64,000 nucleotides of DNA from Isurus oxyrinchus (lineage: Eukaryota). The number at the start of each line of letters is the position of its first letter. The stretch's first letter is position 1. A program made the position numbers and the translations under genes. This document shows positions 24,478 through 37,900 of the stretch, piece after piece. The notes beneath the pieces are model-generated. The model was not told the DNA's origin, did no database searches, and saw only the letters and a program-made list of their open reading frames with translations. Location: the NCBI GenBank assembly GCA_026770705.1, contig JANJGN010000018.1, forward strand, positions 40,548,001 through 40,612,000, given 5' to 3'.

Positions 24478-25660
24478 AGAAATAGGAACAGGAGTAGACC
24501 ATTCAGCCCCTTGACCCTGCTGCACATTCAATATGATCATGGCTGATCTGCTTATGTTTTGAATTCTACATTCTCATCTACTCCTGATAACCATTGATTC
24601 CCTTGCCTAATAAGAATCTATCTACCTCTGCCTTAAAAATATTCAATGACCCCACCTCCACTGCCTTCCGAGGCAGAGAATTCCAAAGTCGTACAATCCA
24701 CCGAGAGAAAAAAATTCTCCTCATCTCTGTCCTAAAAGGACGGCCCCTAATTGTAAAACAGTGGCCCCTAGTTCTGGACTCACCCACAATAGGAAACATC
24801 CTTTCGATGTCCACCTTGTCAAGGCCATTCAGGATCTTGTATACTTCAATCAAATCACCCCTCACTCTTCTAAACTCCAGTGGAAACAAGCCCAGTCTGT
24901 CCAACCTTTCCTCATAAGACAACCCGCTCATTCCAGGTATCAATCTAATAAAACTCCTTTGAACCGCCTCCAATGCATTTACATCCTTCCTTAAATAAGG
25001 GGACAAAAACTGCACATAGTATTCGAGGTGCGGTCTGACCAATGCCTTATGTAACTAAGGCATAACATCCTTACTTTCATGTTCAATTTCTCTCATAATA
25101 AAGGATAACATTCCATTAGCCTTCTTGATTACTTGCTGTACCTGCATACTAACTTTTGTGTCTCATGCTAGTACACCTAGATCCCTCTGCACCTCAGAAT
25201 TATGCAGTTGTTCTCCATTTAAATAAAACTCTGCTTTTTTGTTTCTCCAGCCAAAATGAACAATTTCACATTTTCCCAATTAAACTCCATTGCCAGATTT
25301 TTTGCCAACTCACTCAACCTGTCTATATCCGTCTGCAACCTCCTCATGCCCTCTTCACAACACCTTTCCTACCTATCTTTGTATCATCTGCAAATTTAAA
25401 TACCAAGCCTTCACTCCCCTTATCCAAGTCATTGATGTAAATTGTAAAAAGCTGAGGTCTCAGCACAGACCCCTGTGGGACTCCACATGTTACATCCTGC
25501 CAACCCGGAAAAGACTCATTTATGCATACACTCTGCTTTCTGTCAGCCAGCCAATCTTCTAACCATGCTAATATGTTACCCCCCACTACACCATGCATTT
25601 TTATTTTCCGTTATAACCTTTGATGAGCACCTTATCAAACACCTTCCGGAAATTGTTGTA
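24478..25660 (-). mobile_element. CR1 LINE 3' fragment
   Basis: GVPQGSVL, FKFADDTKI, VRPHLEYYVQF..LSYEERLDRLGL..RGDLIEVYK. Confidence 0.88.
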
Positions 25661-27769
25661 GCATGAATGTGCCTCCCCTTTAAGATGTGCAGGCTGACTG
25701 TGTGTTGTGCTAGCCATGTTTAATTCTGGGACTCCTGCTGAATGTGCAACACCCAGCAGCACATTTTGTGCTGAGCTACATGCCACCATCATTTAAATGA
25801 GCAGGTGGCACAAAATTTACATCCCGCCTGTCTCAACTTGACCAAGTGCAGGATAATTATGCATCACAATCCATGTGCCGGCTAACGGGCCTAATTGAAT
25901 TCATAGCCCGATATTTTAATCACCCTCAATCATTCAAGCCTGATTTGCCCTCATTCACCTTAAAATATTGATTCTTTCTTATCCGTTGATTAACTCAAAT
26001 GTGCAAATTCTATGTAATAATTCCAAGATGCAAGCTAGTTCACACAATTTGCATAGGCAGTTTTCGAAAGTGGTCATTAGTAATAGTGCATAGTTTGATC
26101 ATTTGGTCAGATACATGGTCTGTAAATTTCAAACCCAAAATCTGCCCAGCGGAACCCAACATTGTAAAAATGACATATCTGTATACATGTGTAAAAAAAA
26201 TTAACAAATGTAAAACAGCACTGGCATATAGGAAAGACAATGAGCAAAATGCTTACATTGCTCCCAGTGGCATTGACAGGAATTACAGAAGCTTAAAAAC
26301 AAAAAAACTGCGGATGCTGGAAATCCAAAACAAAAACAAAAACAGAATTACCTGGAAAAACTCAGCAGGTCTGGCAGCATCGGCGGAGAAGAAAAGAGTT
26401 GACATTTCGAGTCCTCATGACCCTTCGACAGAACTTGAGTTCGAGTCCAAGAAAGAGTTGAAATATAAGCTGGTTTAAGGTGTGTGTGCGGGGGCGGAGA
26501 GAGAGAGAGAGAGAGAGAGAGGTGGAGGGGGTTGGTGTGGTTGTAGGGACAAACAAGCAGTGATAGAAGCAGATCATCAAAAGATGTCAACAACAATAGT
26601 ACAAAAGAACACATAGGTGTTAAAGTTAAAGTTGGTGATATTATCTAAATGAATGAGCTAATTAAGAATGGATGGTAGGGCACTCAAGGTATAGCTCTAG
26701 TGGGGGTGTTTTTTTTTTAAATAATGGAAATAGGTGGGAAAAGGAAAATCTTTATAATTTATTGGAAAAAAAAGGAAGGGGGAAACAGAAAGGGGGTAGG
26801 GATGGGGGAGGGGGGAGAGAGCTCACGACCTAAAGTTGTTGAATTCAGTATTCAGTCTGGAGGGCTGTAAAGTGCCTAGTCGGAAGATGAGGTGTTGTTC
26901 CTCCAGTTTGCGTTGGGCTTCACTGGAACAATGCGGCAAGCCAAGGACAGACATGTGGGCAAGAGAGCAGAGTGGAGTGTTAAAATGGCAAGTGACAGGG
27001 AGGTTTGGGTCATTCTTGCGGACAGACCGCAGGTGTTCTGCAAAGCGGTCGCCCAGTTTACGTTTGGTCTCTCCAATGTAGAGGAGACCACATTGGGAGC
27101 AACGAATGCAGTAGACTAAGTTGGGGGAAATGCAAGTGAAATGCTGCTTCACTTGAAAGGAGTGTTTGGGTCCTTGGACGGTGAGGAGAGAGGAAGTGAA
27201 GGGGCAGATGTTGCATCTTTTGCGTGGGCATGGGGTGGTGCCATAGGAGGGGGTTGAGGAGTAGGGGGTGATCGAGGATTGGACCAAGGTGTCCCGGAGG
27301 GAGCGATCCCTACGGAATGCCGATGGGGAGGGTGAAGGGAAGATGTGTTTGGTGGTGGCATCATGCTGGAGTTGGCAGAAATGGCCGGGGATGATCCTTT
27401 GAATGCGGAGGCTGGTGGGGTGATAAGTGAGGACAAGGGGGACTCTATCATGTTTCTGGGAGGGAGGAGAAGGCGTGAGGGCGGATGCGCGTGAGATGGG
27501 CCGGACACGGTTGAGGGCCCTGTCAACGACCGTGGGTGGAAAACCTCGGTTAAGGAAGAAGGAGGACATGTCAGAGGAACTGTTTTTGAAGGTAGCATCA
27601 TCGGAACAGATGCGACGGAAACGTCAACTTTTTTCTTCTCCGCCGATGCTGCCAGACCTGCTGAGTTTTTCCAGGTAATTCTGTTTTTGTTTTTGTTTTG
27701 GATTTCCAGCATCCGCAGTTTTTTTGTTTTTATCTCTGTGTTTAATTGACTGCCACTGCTCTTCAAGAA

Positions 27770-30526
27770 ATGCCCACCTCCTTGAAGAAGTTCTGTTCTT
27801 TTCTGCGACAAGATTTCCGTTCCTCTCTTTTGCCCTGCTCACCTTCCTTGCTTTCCATTTCCCTCCTGGTGTTTGACAAGGCGTTTACTAAAACCCGCTT
27901 TCACAGCCATATCTTCTTTCTCAGTGACTGTCTCCGTCTCCGACTTACTCCACGTGGATTTCAACTGAAATTCCACCCCTCATCTTTCGAACCCACCCAG
28001 GATTACAGGTATCTCTGGGACATAAAACGTTTCTCAGACTGCTGTTCCCGTCACATTCTGAAATCTACACTCAGTGCCATGCGCCGCCATGTGAACACAC
28101 TCGACCTCTCCCTCCAGCAGCACCGCCGTACCCTTTTTCAAAGCTGCGCGTGCCCCCAGTTTCATTTTATCCTTCAGCTCATCCGACGCCTCAACAAGAT
28201 ACTTTTTCTCTTTCTCTCAAGTGCTAAGGAACGCAAGCTCCAACAACTCATCGACACCAACACCCATCTAGGACCCTCTACCCCTGCCTGTCCCTCCGTC
28301 CCCACCATTTCTTCCAATCCCAACCCCAGCCATGTATTCACTATACCCCCTGACCTTCCCCTCCCCGATGCTGAACGTTCAGTGCTCAGCAAAGGACTTA
28401 GTTTCATACCCTTACGCCCTCACCTCAATGAATTTCGGGCTCGGCATGATGCTGAACTCTTCTTTCACCGTCTTCGTCTCCGGGCTCACTTCTTTGGGCA
28501 GGAGTCCTCTCCCAGTTCAACGGATCCTTTTACCCATCTCCAATATTCTCCCTCCACCTAGACCCCTCCATCTGGATTCTTACCTTGTCTTGATCTTTTC
28601 ATTGAGAACTGTCGGCGCGACATTAGTCGTCTCAATTTCTCTGCTCCACTCACCCATTCTAACCTGTCTCTCTCTGAACTTACTGCACTCCATTCTCTCA
28701 GGTCCAACCCTGACATTGTCATCAAACCCGCTGACAAGGGTGGTGCTGTTGTTGTCTGGCGCACTGACCTCTACCTCGCGGAGGCTGAGCGTCAACTCGC
28801 AGACACTTCCTCCTACCTCTCCCTGGACCATGACCCCACCACTGAACATCAAGCCGTTGTTTCCAGGACTGTCACTGACCTCATCTTCTCTGGGGATCTC
28901 CCTCCCACAGCTTCCAACCTGATAGTCGCCCAACCTCGGACGGCCCGCTTCTATCTCCTACCCAAAATCCACAAACAGAACTGTCCCGGTAGACCGATCG
29001 TCTCAGCTTGCTCCTGCCCCACAGAACTCATTTCTCGTTATCTTGACTCACTTCTCTCTCCCCTTGTCCAGTCCCTTCCCACCTACATCCGTGATTCCTC
29101 TGACACCTTACGTCACATCAACAATTTCCAATTCCCTGGCCCCCTCCGCTTCGTCTTCACCATGGACATCCAATCCCTCTACACCTCCATCCCCCACCAG
29201 GATGGTCTGAGGGCCCTTAGCTTCTTCCTCGAACAGAGTCCCGAACAATCCTCATCCACCACTACTCTCCTCTGTCGGGCTGAACTTGTTCTCACGCTGA
29301 ACAATTTCTCCTTCAACTCCTCTCACTTCCTCCAAATAAAAGGTGTGGCTATGGGTACCCGCATGGGCCCCAGCTCTGCCTGTCTCTTTATGGGGTATGT
29401 GGAACATTCCTTGTTGCAGTCCTACTCCGGCCCCCTTCCACAACTTTTTCTCCGGTACATCGATGATTACTTCGGTGCCGCTTCATGCTCTCGTCGGGAC
29501 TTGGAAAAATTTATTAATTTTGCTTCCAATCTCCACCCCTCCATCATTTTCACGTGGTCCATCTCTGACACTTCCCTTCCCTTCCTTGACCTCTCTGTCT
29601 CAATCTCTGGTGATAGACTGTCCACCAATATCCATTATAAGCCTACCGACTCCCACAGCTACCTCGACTACAGCTCCTCACATCCCGCTTCCTGTAAGGA
29701 CTCCATCCCATTCTCTCAGTTCCTTCGCCTCCGTCGCATCTGTTCCGATGATGCTACCTTCAAAAACAGTTCCTCTGACATGTCCTCCTTCTTCCTTAAC
29801 CGAGGTTTTCCACCCACGGTCGTTGACAGGGCCCTCAACCGTGTCCGGCCCATCTCCCGCGCATCCGCCCTCACGCCTTCTCCTCCCTCCCAGAAACATG
29901 ATAGGGTCCCCCTTGTCCTCACTTATCACCCCACCAGCCTCCGCATTCAAAGGATCATCCTCCGCTATTTCCGCCAACTCCAGCATGATGCCACCACCAA
30001 ACACATCTTCCCTTCACCCCCCCTATCGGCATTCCGTAGGGATCGCTCCCTCCGGGACACCCTGGTCCACTCGTCCATCACCCCCTACTCCTCAACCCCC
30101 TCCTATGGCACCACCCCATGCCCACGCAAAAGATGCAACACCTGCCCCTTCACTTCCTCTCTCCTCACCGTCCAAGGACCCAAACACTCCTTTCAAGTGA
30201 AGCAGCATTTCACTTGCATTTCCCCCAACTTAGTCTACTGCATTCGTTGCTCCCAATGTGGTCTCCTCTACATTGGAGAGACCAAACGTAAACTGGGTGA
30301 CCGCTTTGCAGAATACCTGCGGTCTGTCTGCAAGAATGACCCAAACCTCCCTGTCACTTGCCATTTTAACACTCCACCCTGCTCTCTTGCCCCCATGTCT
30401 GTCCTTGGCTTGCCGCATTGTTCCAGTGAAGCCCAATGCAAACTGGAGGAACAATACCTCATCTTCCGACTAGGCACTTTACAGCCTTCCGGACTGAATA
30501 TTGAATTCAACAACTTTAGGTCGTGA
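27770..30526 (+). pseudogene. PLE reverse transcriptase + GIY-YIG endonuclease ORF (918 codons) with a single in-frame TAG at 28559-28561
   Basis: ORF-track pieces 27746-28561 and 29162-30526 share a frame, and the gap translates stop-free (KPADKGG, FYLLPKIHK..PGRPIVS). Then MDIQSLYT, GVAMGTRMGP, RYIDD, NLVYCIRCSQCGLLYIGET. Confidence 0.9.
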
Positions 30527-30907
30527 GCTCTCTCCCCCCTCCCCCATCCCTACCCCCTTTCTGTTTCCCCCTTCCTTTTTTTTCCAATAAATTATAAAGA
30601 TTTTCTTTTTCCCACCTATTTCCATTATTTTAAAAAAAAACACCCCCACTAGAGCTATACCTTGAGTGCCCTACCATCCATTCTTAATTAGCACATTCGT
30701 TTAGATAATATCACCAACTTTAACTTTAACACTCATGTGTTCTTTTGTACCATTGTTGTTGATATCTTTTGATGATCTGCTTCTATCACTGCTTGTTTGC
30801 CCCTACAACCACACACCCCACCCCTCCACCTCCCTCTCTCTCTCTCCGCCCCCACACACACACCTTAAACCAGCTTATATTTCAAGTCTTTCTTGGACTC
30901 GAACTCA

Positions 30908-30946
30908 AATTCTGTCGAAGGGTCATGAGGACTCGAAACGTCAACT
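30908..30946 (+). ncRNA. Minimal type I hammerhead ribozyme motif in PLE terminal repeat (variant core CUGUCGA)
   Basis: CTGTCGA-A-GGGTC-ATGAG-GACTC-GAAAC-GTC-AACT: stem II, GAAA core, palindromic ACGT stem III. Further copies at 6400-6438(-), 7064-7098(-, partial), 26397-26435(-), 42610-42648(-), 42871-42909(+), 63495-63533(+). Confidence 0.7.
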
Positions 30947-33900
30947 CTTTTCTTCTCCGCCGATGCTGCCAGACCTGCTGAGTTTTTCCAGGTAATTCTG
31001 TTTTTGTTTTTATTACAGAAGCTTAAACTGCTCTTAATTCTGTGCGACACTGTACCAAGAAACAGCAAAGGGACACACATTTAAAAGACAGTGCATAGAA
31101 CACAAAAGAAAATCTTATTATTTTACTTCAATCCTATTTTCCCACAACAAAAGTAATCTGATATTTGCTGTGGCTTTCAATTTAATTTTCTTCCTAAATC
31201 TGTGCTTACTCTTTGTATATCTAACAATTAATTTTTACTTGTCTGCTTAACAATATTAATTTGCTGTGAAAGGGTTAATACAAACTCCTCAACCTGCTGC
31301 AAAATTTTTTGATTTCCTCTCTGTTGAACAAAGGAAGGTGTGTAATTGCATTGAGCAGAGAAAGAAGGATACACTGAGAAATTCATTGAAATTCCCAGTA
31401 ATTTCTCAGCTGCGGAATCATTAGAACTGTACGTCTCACTCCTGCAAATCCCATACCATCTTTATGTCACTCACATTGTTCCCTTTCACTCTCAGATTTA
31501 AGGCTGCCTCTGTTTGGGTTCACTCAAAAAATCCTTCTCAAGTATTTTCTCCAATAATTCTGTCACAAAGATGACATCCACCACCATGCCCCATGGAATA
31601 CTGGGCTCCATGCTCCTTTAATTTTCTCATTGTTCAAATGTCTCAATCATTTCCACTGCCACATGGGTCTTATCACATCTGTGCTGGGCAGCCCCGAATC
31701 AATGTTCACACTACTACTGATCTTGGTTTCTGCCTGGCTTGCCGAACTCTAGATATTCGTAAAACTAGAGACAATAATATGTTTAATAATATGCTTCATT
31801 TATTATTGACACAACATTAATCTTAAACAGCAACATATTACTTACTATATCAATTTAAATGGGGACCTGTAAAAGTGGCTTCTCCATACCACCAAGACTT
31901 GAAAGCAGCTACAGCTTCTTTCTAAATCAATCAATCAATCAATAAATAAATAAATAAATAAATTAAAAAAACGTGGGATTTCTTTTTACCATTTTCTTTT
32001 ATGGTTCTCTTCATGCTGAATGCAACTGTTATTTTAAGACCGCCCAGGCTTTCCAACTGATTTCTAAACAGAGATGAGAGTCCCCAGGGCTTGCTATACA
32101 GTACTGCTGTTTCCAAAACCCAAGCTATAGCTTTGTTGGAAACAATCTTTGATGCTCTTATCCTGCTGTGATGAAAAGACAGTATCCCAAAAACTTTCAT
32201 CTTTCAATCCTAATACTTCTTTAAACTCTACATTTCTCCACCTGCTTTATTTATATGTGCCTACCTTTATAGTACACAACAACATCCTTGCTCCTGAAAT
32301 TGATCCTTCTATAATGTTAGCAGCATCACTGAAGGGAAAGGACAGGCTTTTCGAGAACACAATTCATTGCCAATTCTGTCTGCATTTTATTTCCACCAAA
32401 GACAAAACCGTAAAGTAAAAAAAAAATGACATTCTTACAACAATTATCAAGAAATTCTGAAGAGGCTGGGATATTTTTTTCCTCTAGAAAAGGGAAAACT
32501 GAGGGGTGATTTAATAGAGGTCCATAAAATTCTGCAGGAGGTTGATAGGGCAAAGAAGATGTTTCCAGTAGCAGGGTGTTCCAGAACTAGGGGTCATAAA
32601 TATATGATAGTCATTAATAAATCAAACAAGGAATTCAGGAGAAACTTGTTTGTCCAGAGAGTGGTAAGAATGTGGAAGATTGGAGTAGTTGAGTTGAATA
32701 ACACAGATGCATTTAAATGGAATAAGTACAAGAGGGAGAAGAATAGAACAATAATCTAGAACATTAGATGAAATAAGGGAGGATGCTCATAATGGAGACT
32801 AAACACCAGCAAGGCCAGATGGGCTGACTGGCCTGTAAATTCTATATAATTAACAACTCTCAAAATATCAAATATTCTGGAGAATCTGGTATCACAAAGC
32901 AAAGAGAACTAAATCTGCAAATCTTAGAAAAATGAAATAAAAAAACACAACATATCAATCAGTATAATTCAGACTCTTATGACAAGAAATGTACACAAAT
33001 AAGTATGAGCCAGAAATCAGTCCCTGTATATTTTATTTAACAAGTTCAGAACAATTAAATTGCTATCCACAGAACCACTAAATCAAGAGCCAGGACTCAA
33101 ATTTCCATGGAAGTTTTCTCAAGTGTAAGCAGTAATGTTAGTGGAAGATGTGCAGAAATTCCAGAAAATTGACAAAATTACAGTGGGGCAATTGAGAGAA
33201 CTCTCACAGACATAACTGGCACATGCCTCGAATGTACCAGGCATGCACCGTTGGTAGCAACCTCCGCATAATCCTGTCCAATTTATTTACCTTTTACAGT
33301 ATAGTTTGAATTTGCCTGCTAGTCTGAATGAAAATTAATTTGGCTCCTTAACAGCTTATATCAGATTTTGCTTATTGCATGCATAAAATTAATATAGTGA
33401 AAAATTAAGAACCTAATTGGATCTTACTGAGACTTTTACGTGTTATGCCTGAAGCAAGAATTTCTTATAATTGGAGCAAAGGAATGCAATGAAGTAAATG
33501 GATAGATTTAGGAAACTATACTCAGATTAATATTAGTTTGTGTTCATCAAGCATTAAGGAATGTAGATTTTGTCCAGTGGGTGGCATCGTATCCCAACTT
33601 TTAAAGAGGTACTTGGAAAATAATCCCGTATCGGGGCACTTCTGATTCAATATTATGTAGTGTTGCTTACAGTAAATCAGGGATTTTGAATGTTTGCTAA
33701 TTAGTATCACCAGGGATCAAGACTTATTAGAACAAAAGCAAAATACTGCAGATGCTGGAAATCTGAAATAAAAACAGAAATTTCTACTCAGCAGGTCAAG
33801 TAGTGTGGAGAAACAGAGTTAATGTTTCAGTACCAAAAATATTAACTCTTTATCTGCACAGATGCTGTATGACCTACCCCGACATATTATCATTGGGTGA

Positions 33901-34866
33901 ATCTAGGAATGCTGGAGAAGGCTGGGAGAGAATAGTGCGGTGTCAGACCTGCCAGTACTGGAAAGAAACCTGAGTCCAGCATATTGTGAAGGAAGGAGTC
34001 AGAGAGTTCCAAACTAGAGAAGAAGGTTGAATGAACACAGGAAGAATAATTCTGGTATATAGAGGCATTGAAGTTTTAGGTTCTGGAAGCACTGGGGTAG
34101 TTCTGTCATCAGGGAACATTAAGAATATAGTCTAAAAGTTTTGAACACTGGAGGATAGAGGTGTTGGAATCTGGAGAAGGAAGGTTTAGGAGTGAAGCAA
34201 GACAGAGGAAGGGTTTGGAGCATTGAGGAGCCACTAAGATTTATACAGCATTGCTATTCTTTTGTTTTGAGAAATGAGAAATTGTCAAGTTCCTGCTGAA
34301 ATCACCTTGCTGGGGTCTGGCTCCATAAGAAACCACAATCTCTTCAGTATCTCATCCAACTTGTTCACCATCAGTGCCAATCTTTTTTTCTTTATGCTTT
34401 CATGGGATGTGGGCATCGTGGGCAAGGCCAGCATTTGTTGCCCATCCGTTATGGCCCATAATGACCTTGCTAGGCCATTTCAGAGGACAGTTAACTGTGG
34501 GTCTGGACCCAGGATGGCAGAATTTCCCTCGCCACCCCCCCCCCCCACGCCAAAAGGGCATTAGTGAACCAGATGGATCAAAACAATCAATGACATTTTC
34601 ATGGTCATTATTACTTAGACTAGCTTTATATTCCACAGTGGGATTTGAATCCATAGTTGAACCCAGAGCATTAGTCTAGGCCTCTGGATTACTAGTCCAG
34701 CGACATTATCACTAGGTCACCGTCTCCCCATATCCAGTCTTGTCATCTTCAACATGCACACACCCAATCCCAGTCCCAGTCCCACCGGAGTTACTGCACA
34801 GCCAGTTAGGAGGGGGAAAATCATCAGATTGTCATTCTCAGTGTGGGCACATTGAGAAGGATTATA

Positions 34867-35222
34867 GACTGGGATTTTCCCGACCAGCTGTGGCAGTACC
34901 TGCCGCGGGGATGCAGTGGGCCAGCCAAATGTCCATCGACTTTTGGTGGGACCGGAAGATCCTGGCAGCGGGCGGGACTGGAAAATCCCGGCCATGTTTT
35001 ATCTTCTGCTCTGGCTAAAATCAATGCACTCAGTACAGACCAGGCATGGAGGATTCCCATTCATCGATTCGCGTGTGACTTATTGCAATTGTGACTTTCC
35101 AGTCTCACCCACCGTGGGAATCGTCGCAGGCGGGATGGAAAATTTGATGGATCAGTAAAAGGCTCATTGACTTCGGGCAGGAATTCCTGGTCCCACAGTG
35201 GGTGGGATCGGAAAATCCCACC
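34867..35222. mobile_element. Two adjacent short MITEs
   Basis: CTGGGATTTTCC..GGAAAATCCCGG (34869-34992) and a related copy ending GGAAAATCCCACC (35222). Confidence 0.55.
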
Positions 35223-35313
35223 TTACTAGTGTTTTATTTCGTAGAAATTGTAATGTTTTATTCTATGAAAATCATATTTCATTAAAACCTTCTTGTTAAT
35301 TTAATATTACAAA

Positions 35314-36077
35314 GGGCTGGATTTTCGTTTGGCTTCAGGATCCCGACAAGGCACTAAGTGAGGTACCCCGGCCCCCACCTGGGGTACCCCAGCCCCCACT
35401 TGCCAACAGCAAGTCCAGCTCAGCAATCTTTCTGGAGGTAACTCCCTGATTGGCTGCCTCTGAATTGACCTTCCTAATAAGTGTGGTGGATGGATTCTCA
35501 ATGCTGTCGGCCCAATCAGAGAGTCAGCAGCTTTGGAGTGGTGGGTGTTACTAAGGCAGGCTGGACACCACAAGGGTGCAGCAATATGAAGGCACCCCAA
35601 CATGAGGTGCCCTTACTGGCCTGTACAGCACTGCAGAAATGAACAGGATCAAGGCTGGCAGGTCCATAGGGATGGAAGGGAAACCCGTTCAAAGGATTGG
35701 GATTGGCTGAAATTGCAGCTTTTCCAGCTTGAGGCCCCACTCATGGAGCTCTGGAGCCCTTGCTGCAATGAGCCTCCAACCCACACCCCAGCCTGCCACA
35801 ATGGGGCTATCTCCATTGGGCTGGGGGCCTCTGGTGGGGAGGGGGTGGCACTTTGCCAGCAGCAAAATGCTGACAAGGCTGAAAAATTGCTCACCACTGG
35901 GGTGTTGATCGCCTTAACTGGCTGCCCACCTCCATGGTACAGGCAGCTGATCCTCCTCCCAAACCACCTGTGGGAAACTTCCCTGGCAGCGGGCATGTTG
36001 TCGCCAAGTGGCTCCCTGCTACGTTCCTGGCCCCCGATCTCCAACCCTATCTCCATGGGGCCGGGGAAATCTAGCCC
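35314..36077. mobile_element. Harbinger-type non-autonomous element
   Basis: TIRs GGGCTGGATTTTC / GGAAATCTAGCCC; TSD AAA. Confidence 0.7.
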
Positions 36078-37162
36078 AAAGGTTTTCTTTTGAAGTAGGG
36101 GTCTAAATGGTTAACACGTTCCCTTTGTGTTTGGTGTAAGCAGCTTGTATCACTTTTATCCTGTATCATTATCCTGAATATAATGTTTAACAATGCTCTG
36201 GCTGAGAGAGAGATTACAGAAACAGCAGCCTGCTTCGAGTTTCGCAAGCAGAGGTTTGCATTTGATCTCATTCTCTCAGATTCCTGCAGTGAAACAGCCC
36301 TTTATGCCGTTCAGTTTGACACTTTCTCTTATCAAGATCCTCACACTTTTGCCATTTCCTTTTCATCCATGGCCAGTAATTACAAGGATTATTCTTAAAC
36401 TCCAAGTAATTTTAGTGATGAATATCATCACACACTGTGCAAACCATGAATGTTAAGAGTTTGTAGAATAGGACAACTAACTTCCCTTAGGCCTTCTGAC
36501 ATTTTGAAATGTATGCTAGAAAATGGTAGGTATGGGAAAGATTTGTGGGTTGTTCAGAAAATGATTAATGATTAAGAAACTGGTAAATTTTTATCTAGAT
36601 ATTAATTTATTTAATACATCAATGACACTGACTATTGAAGCGGATGGAGGATTTAACAATAGAGGTGTAGGGAGTAGTATCGGCTTGTCTGGAGCTGGTT
36701 TAAATGACATGGGGCCTGTCTGAATGGGCTGGCCCCCATATGTGAGTCTTGTGGTACTGAAATTCTGGATTTGATAAAACCAGCAGCCAGGAAGATTAGT
36801 GTGACAAATTGTACATTTTAATCTATGCTTACTGGTTAACATGTGCTTTTTGTGGCTGGAAATAGCATTTGGGTGTCAACAGCCAATGCCACATAAAGTC
36901 GGCCTTACATACACCATTATTTCTGACCAGAATGAGGATGATTGGACAATTCCCCCATCAATCACACATGGAGACTTTGTGACTAGGATTGATTTTTAAC
37001 TCCACTCGCTCTATTTTTCTCAGTCACACTGCTTTTATTAGAAGTTGCCGAGTTCGGTTTGCTGTAGTTCGTGGAGACTCAAATAGACTCTGTAAGTTGC
37101 CTTTGTTCGCTGTATGTCCTTCCATAAATCCAGCCCTTGCCTCTAACTCATTGGCTGAGGCA

Positions 37163-37900
37163 GGGGCAGGATTTTTCAAATGGTGCTGCCCTGCCATAAG
37201 AGTCAGCGGAGCACAGATCCTCAATGATGTTGGCAGCCCTGCAGCCATTTAACACCACATGGAGCAATAATTGGCTGGGTGGCAGTTGGTGAGGGGGGTG
37301 GGGGGTGGTCTTCAGCCCCTCATTTTGGAGGAGTCCTGCGCCAGAGAGCTGCCAGCCAATCTGATTGCCCAACAACTCTGTAGTCCCAGCGGCGCAATGG
37401 GACCGGTGGCCACTGTCTGGACTACACCTAGTCACCAGATTCTAAGTGCTGGGAGCCCAGGGCCAGGTAAGTGTAGGGGTTTCATGGCAAGAACTGGAGG
37501 AGGGGCCCTAGGATAGAGAGAGGGCGGCCAGGTTGGAAAGACCAGGGGAAGGGGAACACCCAAGTTGGGGACAGACCATGGTGGGGGGGGATGGGTGGGT
37601 TGTGGCCTGATCAGGAAAGGGGATCTATGAGAGAGGTGCCCACCCTTTCCCTCCCTTGAAGTCCAAGCAGGGTAACCTGGTTGGGCTTTCGCCCCTGTCT
37701 TTGACCTCCTCCTGCCAGCCTCAAAATTGAGTACAGCGTAGGAAGCCACTTGAGGGACTCATTGAAGCGTGGGGAGGTGTCACCTGCCCCACCCCTTTGA
37801 AACTCCACATATGCCTGGGGTGGGTGGGAAGGCCACCTGAGGAATTTTATGGATTCCCCTGCCAACAAATCTTCTGGCTGGGACACGTAAAATTCTGCCC
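37163..37900. mobile_element. Harbinger-type non-autonomous element
   Basis: TIRs GGGCAGGATTTT / AAAATTCTGCCC. Confidence 0.65.

Larger units (their letters stand above)
19340..25910. mobile_element. Decayed autonomous-type PIF/Harbinger transposon with convergent transposase (+, ~19700-20700) and Myb/SANT-like partner (-, ~24300-20900); nested LINE/MITE insertions
   Basis: HARBI1-like VCDHAWNMMSVNVHNPGNSHNTFI (~20222-20295) and VTELCHLLEPNLQP; Myb/SANT-like RERASRSSDAALEALFQEVKRRREAMFP (-, ~24283-24200). Termini uncertain. Confidence 0.65.
26298..31011 (+). mobile_element. Young Penelope-like retroelement (probably Neptune clade): near full-length + copy (27618-31011) preceded by an inverted 5'-truncated copy (26298-27619)
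   Basis: RT + GIY-YIG ORF, ~1.3-kb terminal inverted repeat, 16-bp TSD ATTACAGAAGCTTAAA (26282-26297 / 31012-31027). A Cys cluster CPRKRCNTC precedes the endonuclease. Confidence 0.93.

Noticed and set aside
27671-27709. Possible retained PLE intron (CAG/GTAATT...TTCCAG)
   Set aside because: The nearest acceptor gives an implausibly short intron (~35 nt); no transcript evidence.
28332-30200. Long alternate-frame and antisense ORFs over the PLE ORF
   Set aside because: Shadow ORFs caused by C/T-rich strand bias.
30735-30995. Recurrent small ORFs (MCSFV...PPMLPDLLSFSR and antisense MLEIQNKN...) in many places
   Set aside because: They recur only because they lie in near-identical young PLE terminal repeats, and they cross length-variable microsatellites; no evidence of coding.
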